Shown: one piece after another, positions 26,197 through 37,371 of the stretch
Layout: each line of letters starts with the position of its first letter
Numbering within the stretch: position 1 is the stretch's first letter
NCBI RefSeq assembly: GCF_030144855.1
Contig: NC_082710.1
Span: forward strand, 152,830,001 to 152,894,000
DNA from: Hypanus sabinus
Taxonomy: Eukaryota
DNA length: 64,000 bases
Reading direction: 5' to 3'
Program-made: the position numbers and the translations under genes
Notes under the pieces: generated by a model
The model's database searches: none
What the model was told of the DNA's origin: nothing
The model's input: only the letters and a program-made list of their open reading frames with translations

Positions 26197-27011
26197 GCAA
26201 GTAGAACATCTGATTTCATACTGTAAGCTCTGTGAGGAAACTCCTGCTTCAGACAATTGATGGACTCCTGATCCGACATGTTCAGAGATGTCTTGAAACC
26301 AAATGGATGGGGGCAGCCTGATTCTAAGTTTGTGATGGAGTTTTTGATTCAGGACAGTGAGGGAACTCACAATCAGAGTGCCCTGATCAAATTTGGTGAG
26401 TGGAGTTCTGATGCAAGAAGATGAGAGAGGTCCCAATCTGCGACACTGGGGGATCTCCCAATTTTGAATGGTGAGCAATGTCCTTATCTGGGGTAGTGAG
26501 GGATCTCTTCATCTAGGACAGTGAAAGATACCTCAGTTGAAGGTGACTAATGATGTCCAAGTCAGGGATAGTGTGGAAACTTCTATTTAGACACAGTCAT
26601 ATATCTCCCAATCCAGGACATTGAGAGCATCTCTTGATCAGGAATTTTGAAGGATCTCCCAACTAAGGCTGGTAAGATAAACTTAATTTGGGATGATGAC
26701 AGCATGATCAATCTTGGAATATGAGGATAATATTGATTTGGGACTATGGGTGATGTAAAGATTGGTAATGGTGACTGTAACCTTGATCTGGGCCTGTCAG
26801 ATGAATGAAAATTACTGCTGGCTGTGGTCTGCATGGCCTTGAGCTGGGGAGATGATTTCAGGCAGGATAGTAATTCATAGTGAGCCAGGTCCTGGTCTGA
26901 GGCAGTAAAGAGTAAGAGTCCCACTCTTGGACACTGTAACTTTCATTTGTAATGGTAAGATAACATAAGTTTGTGTTGAGTTAGTGATGTTAATTCTTCA
27001 TTCTTTCCCAG

Positions 27012-27287
27012 TTGCTCCAGAGGTTCAGGTGATGAAAAAGAGGCCAACAGCTACTGCAGGCAAGAGTCTCTCATGCATCATCACTCCCTTCTACCCCCGT
27101 GCTATCAACGCCACTTGGCTGAAGAATGGGCGGGTTATCTCTGAAGACTACAAGGTGACCATGCTACCAAACTACAATGATACATACTGGATGGAACTGG
27201 TCATTGAGCTGCAGGACAATGATGTGAACATCTATACCTGCCATGTCGAGCACAGCAGCCTGCCAGAGACACTGATGGCGCGGGGAG
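27012..27287 (+). CDS. Gene A exon 4, alpha3 (C1-set Ig) domain
   Basis: Acceptor tttcccag. Contains LSCIITPFYP...W...YTCHVEHSSL. Donor G|GTAGGT. 276 nt. Confidence 0.95.
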
Positions 27288-27499
27288 GTAGGTCATTGTA
27301 TGGTACAGAATTTGCATCATTCATTTGTGATGGTTCCTAAATTCATATGGCACTGAAGGAGGCCATTCAGCTTACCACATACATGCTGATCCTCTGGTGC
27401 CAATCTATTCAAACCAGTACTTACTTGGTCTGTACTTCAGCCTTCTCTTCCTCGATGATTCAAGTGCTTGCAAGAATTATGATATGAAAATTGTTCTTT

Positions 27500-28060
27500 T
27501 GCAACAGCAGTACAGTGCAAAGACATAAAAGGCATATGAGCTTAGAACATGGACCAACTCATAATACTATCATTATTAGTGAGATTTGCTAGCTGGAGGT
27601 AAGATGGCCAACCCAAGGTACGTGGATGAGAAGAGTACGTAGGTCTATAGCCAGGTGTGGATTGAAGGGAATAAGCAGAATTGCACTTTGACGGACTAGA
27701 TGGGCCAAATGGACTCGTGTGCTGTAATGCTCCGTGACTGAAAAGTAACATCAATTATAAAATTAAGTAATTAGTGCAAAAATTGGAATAATTTGGTTGT
27801 GTTCATGAGTTTGTGACCATTCAAAAAACTAATGGTAGAAGAAAAGAAGCTGTTTCTGAATAGGGTCTTCTTTGTGAGTCCTGCACCTTTTCCCTGATTG
27901 CATTAAAGGAGAAGAGGGCATGTCCCAGATGGCAAGGGTCTTTAGTAATGGATGCCACCTTCTTGAAGCACTACCTCTTGAAGATGTCTTCGATGGTGGG
28001 GTGGGTTCTGCCCATGTTGGAGCTGACTGTATCAACAATTCTCTACAGCTTCTTATACTT
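27500..28060 (-). mobile_element. LINE 3' fragments (Rex-type and CR1 tail)
   Basis: HPLLKTLAIWDMPSS / SGKR motifs; similar to other copies in the window. Confidence 0.5.
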
Positions 28061-28447
28061 CATAAATATCAAAATAATTTTTAAATTCTGTGAGAGTGCT
28101 GCCTATACCAGCCCTTGGGCAGAACATTTCCATCTCCCACTAACCCTTTAATTAAAAAAAAACTTCTCTATATCCTCTCTAAATCTCTTATTCCTTGCCT
28201 TAAATGTATCTCTACAGTTCTGGGGAAACATCTCTGTTCTGGGGAAAAGTTTACTGCTGTTTTATAAAAGAAATTAAGTGGGAGCAGTATACAAACTACT
28301 GCAGTAAAAGAAAAGCTGTGTTCTTTCAGCATTTTGTACAGTTTTCCTTTCAATGCACCTAACAATTTTGTATAATGCCATCAGCTCCTCTCTCAGCCTC
28401 CACCCATTCAGCAAATCAAAACTATCCTCTTGACTGAAACATTACAT

Positions 28448-28661
28448 TGTGGCGACCCATTTCCTGGCACATCCGAACCGGCTCACAATTAGATAGCCTA
28501 CGGGGGTTTGCGAGCACAGAGCTTTGGAGCCTCTGCGCCACGGGGGGCAGGTTGAGGGAGGCTTAAAAGTGAGGCTGAGGATTTCGAATAAAGTTTTTCC
28601 TTCGACTACAGTTACCGACTCCGTGTCGTAATTTTAGCGCTGCGTGTAGCACACCGCTACA
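28448..28661 (+). repeat. Solo LTR in gene A intron 4
   Basis: TGTGGCG...CGCTACA termini, AATAAA inside, and a perfect 4-bp TSD ACAT on both sides. Confidence 0.85.
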
Positions 28662-28929
28662 ACATCCCAATAAAATGGTGAATCTCCTCTGCACTCTGTC
28701 CCATGCAATCTAATTGTTCCTCTAGGCTGGTGACTAAAAATGTATCAAATACCTGGGATGTAGCCTTGATAATGTTTATAAATCTATACCATAATTTCAT
28801 TGGTCTTGTATCCTGTGCCCATATTAATGAACACTCACATCCTGTACACTTTGTTCATCACCTTACCTACCTCCTTGAATGACCTGATTATGTATTTCTT
28901 CAGTAAAGCTGTACCATAGCTTCACAGGA

Positions 28930-29185
28930 CACCATGGTAGTGTAGTTCAGAGTTCAGTTCCAATGCCATCTGTAAGAGTTTGTACGTTTTCTCGATAAAC
29001 TGCCTGGATACCCTCCAGGTGCTCCAGTTTCCTCCCATAGTCCAAAGACGTACCAGCTAGTGGGTTAATTCGTCATTGTAAATTGTCCTATGATGAAGCT
29101 CGTATTAAATAGGTGGGTTGTTGGGTGGTGCGGTGCATTGGGCCAGCAAGGGCAGGTCTATACTGCATCTCTAAATAAAACAAAA
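28930..29185 (+). mobile_element. tRNA-derived SINE (V-SINE/HE1-like)
   Basis: Contains the V-domain-like core gtgctccagtttcctccca-agtccaaagacgtac...taaattgtcc. Confidence 0.65.
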
Positions 29186-30414
29186 TACATTTTATGCCCT
29201 GATTAATAAATCCTGTAGGCTTTCTTTACCACCCTGTCTACCACTTTGAAGGACCTGATTAAACAGCTCCATTCTTCTCTTACACACCTCTGAACATTTC
29301 TTTCTTCAAAAAACATATCCCATTTCCTTGCTGAAAGTTATTATTTGCTAGATTATCTGCAGATTTTCTCTTGTTTGTGTTCAATTGCAAGAAGCAATTA
29401 TGGATTGTGGGCCAAAGAAACAAAGAAATGTTCAAGGAAAAAAAACAACTGCGAAGCAATTGGGCCTGTGGGTCAAGGCCTGACTGTCCAATGGGCAATA
29501 CCTGGCTGGGAAATGACTGATATTCAGAGAAGTCATAGAGCCTTATGGCACAAAAACAGGCCCATCTGCACAACTGGTCTATGCCAACCATGGCCCATAT
29601 ACTACTAAACATCTCCTGTCTATCTACTGGTTCAAGTGATTTTTTTTTAAATGTTGTTAATGTACCTGCCAAAGCCACTTTCTCTTGCATCTCATTTTCT
29701 ATTATGGTAACCTTCGGCTTGAGAATGTTGGCCCTCAGGTTTCTATTACATTTTAACCCGAATCACCTTAACTTTTGTCCTAAAATTCCTGATCCCAAAT
29801 CCTGGGAAGAAGATTGTGCGTTCATCCTCTCTATGCTCTTTATGATTTTATACATTATTCTATATATCTCAACCTCTTACATTCAAGGGAAAATAATATC
29901 AGGCCATGCTATCTCCCCTTCGAATTGAAGTGCACCTTTCTTGGCAACATTCTTGCAAATATTTTGTACACCTTTTCCAGTTTAATGACTTCCTTCCTTA
30001 ATATAAATAAGATCACCCCATTCTCCTAAGCTCCGCACCATACATTCTTTCTTTTTCCCCCATCTTGTACTGAGTAGAAGGTACGAAAGCCTGAAAGTGC
30101 ACACTGATGGGATCAAGGGCCGCTTCTATTTAGCTGTTATAACAGTATTGTAGAGTTCCATAGTACGGCAAGTTTAAGTTTTGATGTCACAGTCAAGCAT
30201 ATTGTGGCCCTTGCACCTTATTGTGTGCCTGCACTCTACTTTCTCTGTAACTGTTACAAGTTGGTTTGCATTCTGTTATTTTTACCCCAATGTGCAATTG
30301 TAATGCAATGATCTGTGTGGATGCATGCAGTACAAGGACTTTTCAGTGTGCGTCGGTACATGTGACAACAATATTAAAATATTAACAATTTACCAATCTT
30401 TACTTGGTGAGTAG

Positions 30415-30491
30415 GAGTTGGGGAGCCTCGTGGTGCAGCTCCTTTGCTGGGGCTGATGGCGGCACTTGCGATGATGACTAAAGTGGTGTAG
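30415..30491 (+). CDS. Gene A exon 5 coding part, GPI-signal-like tail (GVGEPRGAAPLLGLMAALAMMTKVV*)
   Basis: Acceptor gagtag in phase 1. 77 nt to TAG, identical in length and stop position to gene B. The exon continues to a donor at 30528. Confidence 0.8.
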
Positions 30492-30612
30492 AGGAGCAGC
30501 AAGGAGAGACTTAAGGCTTCAATACAGGTGGGTAAGCAGGCAGGTCATTTCACTAATCCAGTTTGCCATCACAGTATTGCACAACCAATCTCTTCTCATT
30601 TTTCTTTTGCAG

Positions 30613-31150
30613 ATGGGTGTTTGGCCCAAATCTCAAGCTCAGCTCAGAACACAAGGTGGATCTACTGCCTGGTTTTGTGATTAATGGTTCAACACCTAAG
30701 CAAGCTTAGTGTTGGCTCCAGTGTGGGAACTGCTTAGCTGAATCTTCTGCCACTTTACAGCTCACTTGTTTTGTGATGTTATAACTTTTTCTTATGTCTC
30801 ACTCAGGGATCAGGTTTCATTGTTGTGGTGTGTTGAAGTTTCAATTTCTCATTTGTAAAGCCCTACTTGACCTCAGTTGCTCTTCCCAACCTTAACTCCA
30901 ATCCAATACTGTATATCAGACCATTGCTGTGAAGAACTACTGCCAAGGCAATTTGGTGGGATAAAGCAGTGAAAGTTTTACTGGACATTTGGAAGGACCT
31001 CACTGGAAGTGTGAATTTCTGTTGTGGACTCTGGATAACTAAGAAGAATTCTTTCCTTAATATGAGATTGGGAGGGTCCAACATTTTCTTTAAAATAGGA
31101 GCAGAAACCCCTTGATATTGGTGCAATTTGGGGTGACATAGAGCTAACAA
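30613..31150 (+). other. Gene A 3' UTR exon, after an 85-nt intron at 30528-30612
   Basis: GTGGGT donor and ttttcttttgcag acceptor. Homologous to the paralog C and B UTRs. The 3' end is not defined. Confidence 0.65.
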
Positions 31151-31289
31151 TTAATCTGAGGTTCATACAATGGTGTAAATATGCTCACTTTCCCTGCTGG
31201 CAGTTTGGACAGATCTGTCTTCTTTCCTCTGGAGTGTTGGAGGCATGGTATACCTGATGGGCATTTATTTAATCCTCAGCACCACCAGA

Positions 31290-32090
31290 GAGAGGATAGT
31301 CAGTCTTTTCCCCAGCCAAGAAATGTCAAATATTAGAGGGCGTAGCTTTAGTTTAAAGGAGTTGTTCTTTTTTAATGTGTAGAGTCTGGTAGGTGCCTGG
31401 AATGCATTACCAAGTGTGATGGTGCAAGCAGACTTCATAGTGGTCATTAACAGGCATTTAGACAGACACATGGACCTGTGGGAATGGAGGGATAGGGACA
31501 TGTGCAGACAGATATTTAGTTTAATTAGGCATCATGAATAGCACAGTCATTACAGGCTGAAGGACCAATTGCAGTGCTGTAATGTTTTATCCAAATGTCT
31601 CTTAACTGCCTCTAATGTGTTTGCCCCTTCCACCATATCAGGCATCCACACCTCTCAGTAAAAGAACACCTCTCATATCCCCCTTGAAACTACCCCATCT
31701 CACCTTCAATGCATGCCCTCTGGTATTAAACATTTCAACCTTGGGAAATGGATACGCTCTGTCCATTCTATCTATGCCTCTCATAATCATGTAAACCTCA
31801 ATCAGATCTCCCCTCATCCTCCGGCGCTCCAGTGAAAGCAACCCAAGTTTATCCAGCATCTCATGTTTGCACATGCCCTCTAAACCGGGCAACATCCTGG
31901 TAAAGCTCTTCTTCACCCTCTCCAAAGTCTCAACATCCTTTCTATAATAGGGCAACCAGATGCCATACGCCAGATGTGGCCTAACCAGAGTTTTATAATG
32001 TTGCAACATAACCTCCTGATTTTTGAACTCATTGTCCCTACTAATAAGAGCAAACATTCCATAAGCTTCTTAACCAACTTACTGTACACA
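31290..32090. mobile_element. CR1 LINE 3' fragments (both orientations)
   Basis: ORF 31638..32057: YKTLVRPHLAY...W.PYYRKDVETLERV...RMLPGL...RRRMRGDLIEVY. Confidence 0.8.
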
Positions 32091-32844
32091 ACTGAATTTA
32101 ATGTGCTCCAGCTTCTTGGATCCAATCCAACAGTGCTTGCCTCTTTTACAACTCAGTAACTTAGTGTTAATAGTTAATGTGATAAGTATTGAAACATTTA
32201 TAAAATATTTCACCCCTGTCCTAAAGATAAAGACAAGCATTGATCCAGGAGAAATTAAAAATCTGCTCTAATTTTGCTCCATCTGGAATAAACCAATCAG
32301 AATAACTGATATAGTTAAACTACAAAAATACCATCAAGATAAAGACAAGCATTGATTCAAATAATTATCCAGGAGAAATTAAAAAGCATACTTTTCCAGT
32401 ACACTGTGGAATTGATCTTTAAACATCTTTCACATGTCTAATGTGGACTTGTCAGAGGAGAGTGTTTCCAATTAGCCCTTCTTATTTCCTGCCTAATGCC
32501 CTCATAATTTGCCCTACTCTCCACAAGGACCATACCTATTTTTATCGATACTTATCCTGAAAGATAAGGAGTTGTGGCCACTGCTCCCTAACTGTCCCTA
32601 TCCACTGAAAGTCAGTCACCCGGCCAGGCTCATTACCCAACACCAGGTCCAATACAGCTTCTCCACTCATTGGACTGTCTGCATATGGATTGAAGAATCT
32701 GTTCTGAATACACTGAACAAATTCAACCCCATCTGGCATTCATACACTATATTCCCTCTGACCTTCACCTGTCTGGAGCAGAAAGTTCTGTCCTCAGCAA
32801 AGGCCTTCCCTTTGTACCCCTGCACCCACTCCTCAGTGAGATCC

Positions 32845-35570
32845 ACGCGTGCTATGATACTGAGCTCTCCCTCTGCTGCCTTCTTCTCCATGCATACTTC
32901 TTTGACAAGGAACCTCCAGCTTGCACCGAAAAGTCGTACTCCCATCCAACCCTCCCCCTCTTCCTGGACTTCCTGCTCTGGTCTGCTGCCTGCTCTGTAT
33001 CTTTTCATTGCTAACTGTCTACAAGACGTCAACCATCTTGACTTTACCACTCGTCTCTCCAATCCTAACCTCACCAACAATCCCGCACATAAGTGCAGTT
33101 CTGCAGTAGTCTGGCAGACTGACCTTTACATTGGTGAGGCCAGGCAACAACTCTCAGACACCTCCTCTTACTTACCCCTCAAACAGAAACCACTAAGAAG
33201 CACCAGGCCATTGTCACCTGCACCATCACTGACCTTATTAACTCTGGGGGCTTCCATCCACTGCCACCAACCTCATTGTTCCCTTATCCCACACCTCTTG
33301 ATTCTACCATCTTCTCAATGCCCATAAACCTGGCTGTCCAGACAGAACCATTGTTTCTGCTTGTTCCTGCTCCACCAAACTTAAATCTGCATACCTTTTC
33401 CCCTGAGTTCAGTCCCTTCCTACCTATATCTGTGATACATCATATGCTCTTGAACTTTTCACTGACTTCAAGTTTCCTGGCCCTGGTTGTCTCACTTTCA
33501 CTATGGGTGTCCAGTCCCTATGCACCTCCATTCCCCCATCAGGAAGGCCTCAAAGCCCTCCTCTTCTTTCTGGACACCAGACCCAAACAGTTCCCTTACA
33601 ACACCACTCTGCTCCATCTGGTGGACTTGGTCCTCACTCTCAATAATTTCTCCTTTGTCTCCTTCCACTTCCCCCACAAAAGGTGTAGCCATGGGGATTT
33701 GCATGGGACTCAGCCGATGTTCCCTCTAATTTGTAATGACATGTGTGCACAAAAATCTTGTGCTGTGCAATATTTTTACTCAGTCACAACTACATGTGTG
33801 CACTGAATAATTTCTTCAATAAAAATAGTATAAATAAGCCTGCAGGCAAACTCCACATTGTCAAAACTGTCCGCTTGAGAAACTGGAAAAGGAAATGTGA
33901 TCGTGTACAATCATGAAAAATATTTAACATGCCAACAAGGTAGAGGCTGACAACCTTATGTGCACAGTTTAAATTCCTTCTTGTGTGCTAGTAGCAAAAG
34001 ATATGTGCACTTCACAAGGAACATTGGTCCCAGCTATGCCTGCCTTTTCGTTGGCTACGTGGAACACGTGCCTACACCGGTATCACTCGCCAACTTTTCC
34101 TATGCTACATCGAAGATGCATTAGGGCTGCTTCCTGCACCCATGCAGAGCTCGTTGACTTAATCAACTTTGAATCCATCTTCCACCCTGCCCACAAAATT
34201 ACCTGATCCATTTCCAACACCTCCCTCCCCTTTCTCAATCTCTCCACCTCTATCTTTGGAGACAGTTTATCCACTGAAATCTTTTATAAACAGCTTCTCA
34301 CAGCGACCTGCACAACACCTCATACCACCCTGCCACTTGTAAAATTGCCACCCCTTCTCTCAATTCCTCTATCTCTGCTGCATCTGCTCTCAGAATGAGG
34401 TTTTTCATTCCAGAACAATTGTGATGTCCTCCTTCTTCAAAGAAAGGGGCTTTCCTTCCTCCGCAATCAATGCTGCCCTCACCTACATCTCTTGCATTTC
34501 ACACATGTCTGCCCTTACCCCATCCTCCCGTCGTCCTACCAGAGATAGAGTTCCTCTTGCTCTCACCTACCACTCCACCAGCCTCAGCATTCAGTACATG
34601 ATTCTCCGCAACTTCCACCATCTCCAATGGGATTCCACCACCAGGCACACCTTTCTCTCCCCCATGCCCTCTACCAGAAAAAGCAGGAATTCACAGGGCC
34701 ACCCATTTCAGTTCTACTTCCCCTTCTGACATGTCAATCTATGTCCTCCTCTACTGCCATGATGAGCCCTCATTCAGTTGCAGGAGTAATACCTCATATT
34801 CCACACGTACAAACAAGCTGGATGAACTCAGCAGGTTGGGCAGCATACGTTGAAACGAGCAGTCAACGTTTCGAGCCGAGACCCTTCCAAACGTTACGTG
34901 GATTTTCTAGTTTTGTGATATGCTTTTGTGATATCATTCTGGAGGAACGTTGTCTCATTTTTTAAGGGCATTGCATTTGTGGTTTCTAAATGACAATAAT
35001 CTGAATCTGATCTGAATCTGAATCAGGGTCTCAGCCCGAAACATTGACTGCTTGTTTCAATGGATGCTGACCGACCTGCTGAGTTCATCCAGCTTGTTTG
35101 TATGTGTTGATTTGACCATAGCATCTGCAGTGTATTTTGTGTATACCTTATATTCCCTCTGGGTAGCCTCCAACCTGATGGCATGAACATCGATTTCCAG
35201 TAATTGCTGCCCCCTTCACCATTTCCCATTCCCCTCTATCACATTATCTGCTTACCTGTCCATCACCTTCCCTGGTGCTCCTTCTTCTTCACTTCCTTCC
35301 ATGGCTTTCTGTCCTCTCCATCAGATTTTTCCCTTCTCCAGCCCTTTATCTCTTTCACCAGTCAACTTCCCAGCTCTTTACTTCACCCCTCACCCTCTTC
35401 AGATTTCAACTATCATCTACTGCCTTCTACTTTTTCCTCCCATTCCCCCACTTTCTTTTTTCCAGCCCCAATATCAGCCCCAAAGTATCGATTGTTTACT
35501 CTTTTCCATAGATGTTTCCTGTACTGTTGAGTTCCTCCAACATATTGTGTGTATTATTTTGATTTCCAGC
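32845..35570 (+). mobile_element. Penelope-like element fragments (RT and 3' terminal parts), interrupted
   Basis: LVLTLNNFSF, KGVAMG, MSSFFKERGFPSSAINAAL...RDRVPLALTYH, QPDGMNIDF, and terminal gacgtttcg-gccgagaccct motifs. Confidence 0.8.
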
Positions 35571-37371
35571 ATGTGCAGGTTTTTGCTTGTATGTGGTTCA
35601 ACCCCACCTAAACATCTTCCACTAAGGAGGTCCCCGTTTATATTAGGGAAGTTGAAATCCCCTGTGCCAACAAGATTTTAAAATATCAATTGATTTTTAT
35701 TTAGTTATAAACTAAAATTTATTATATTAGAGAAGAAACTAAAATGATTCACCAATTATGGAAAATGTTTAAAAATTGGAAGTCAACCCTGACTTCCACA
35801 TGGCACATGGCAAACGTTTCAATGACAGCTGAATTTAAAGTGCTGCAGCTTCTTAGAACCAGTCATTCAGAATCCAACACTGCTTGCCTCTTTCACAAAC
35901 TCAGTATCCTGACTTAAGTGATAGTTAACATGATGAATGTTTAAACATCTATAAAATATTAAGTCATGACTAAAATATAAAGGCAAGCATTCATTCAGAT
36001 CATCTTCCAGGAGAAATTAAAAATGTGCTCTAATTTTACCCACCTGGAATAAACCAACCAGAATAACTGATATACCGATGCTATGAAAATGCCATCAAAT
36101 ACTCTCCTTCTCTCATATAGAAAGCATTGTGCAACTGACAAGATGTGATTTGAACAAGTCAGTACAACAATTAGCTTTCTGGGACTAATCATAGAGTTAT
36201 GGAGAAGTACAGCATAGAAACAGGCCCTTCAGCCCATCTAACCCATGCCAAAACCATTTAAACTGCCTACTCTCATTGACCTGCACCGGGACCATAGATC
36301 TCCTTATCCCTGCTCTCTATGTACCTATCCATACTTTTCTTCAGCATTGAGAGTGAGCTTGCATGAACCACTTGTGTTGGCAGCTCATTCCACACTCATA
36401 CAATGCTCTGAGTGAAGAACTTTCTCCTCATGTTCCTTTTAAACTTCTTACCTTTCACCCTTAACCCATGATGTCTGGGTGTAGTCCCACCCAACCTCAG
36501 TGGAAAAAAGGCCTGTTTGTATTTACCCTATCTCTGCCCCTCATAATTCTGTATACCTCTATCAAATCTCCTCTCGGTCTTCTAAATTCTAAAGAATATA
36601 TTTCTAACAAATTCAATCTTTCCTTATAGCTCAGGTCCTCTGGATGCGGCAATATTCTTGTAGATTTTCTCTTTCAATCTTGTTTGCATCTTTCCTGTAG
36701 GTACTTGATTAAAACTTCACACTATGCTCCAAATTAGGCCTCTCCAACATTTCATACAACTTGAACATAACATCCCATCTTCTGTATTCAGTACCTTGAT
36801 TTATGAAGGCCAATATGCCAAAACCTTTCTTTACAGCCCCATCTACCTGGAACGCCACTTTCAAAGAATAATGAATCTGTATTCCCAGATCCCCTTTTTT
36901 CTAAACACTTGTCAGTGCCCTACCATTGACTGTGCAAGACCTACCCTGGATGGTACAGCCAAAGTGCAACACCTCACGCTTCTCTGTGCTAAATTCCATC
37001 TGTCATTTCTCAGCCCACTTTTCCAGCTGATGCCAATCTGTCTGAAAGCCATGATAACCTTCCTCACTGTCCACTACACCCCAAGGCTTGGTATCATCTC
37101 CAAATTTGCTGATCCAGTTAACTACATTATCATCCAGATCATTGATATAGATGACGAACAACAAAGGACCCAGCACTGATCCCTGCAGAACACCACTAGT
37201 CACAGGCCTCCAGTCAGAGGGGCAATTGTCAACTACTGCTCTCTGGCTTCTCCTACAAAGCCAATGACTAATCCAGTTTACTACCTCATCCTGAATACTG
37301 AGCAACTGAAGCTACTACATGTGAAGCCATGCCAACTAGCCTTAACTATTCCATGTCTTTCTAAATACTTA

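Noticed and set aside
30415-30527. A conventional TM plus cytoplasmic reading of exon 5 in another frame
   Set aside because: Phase-1 splicing from alpha3 fixes the frame. The hydrophobic stretch and the conserved TAG occur in that frame in both A and B.
3079-31166. Similar minus-strand ORFs 3079..3285 and 30978..31166 as a novel small-protein family
   Set aside because: They are the antisense reading of the homologous 3' UTRs of paralogs C and A; the similarity is explained by the duplication.
32509-33327. 272-aa ORF as a host gene
   Set aside because: It spans antisense CR1 and Penelope fragments and has no coherent domain.
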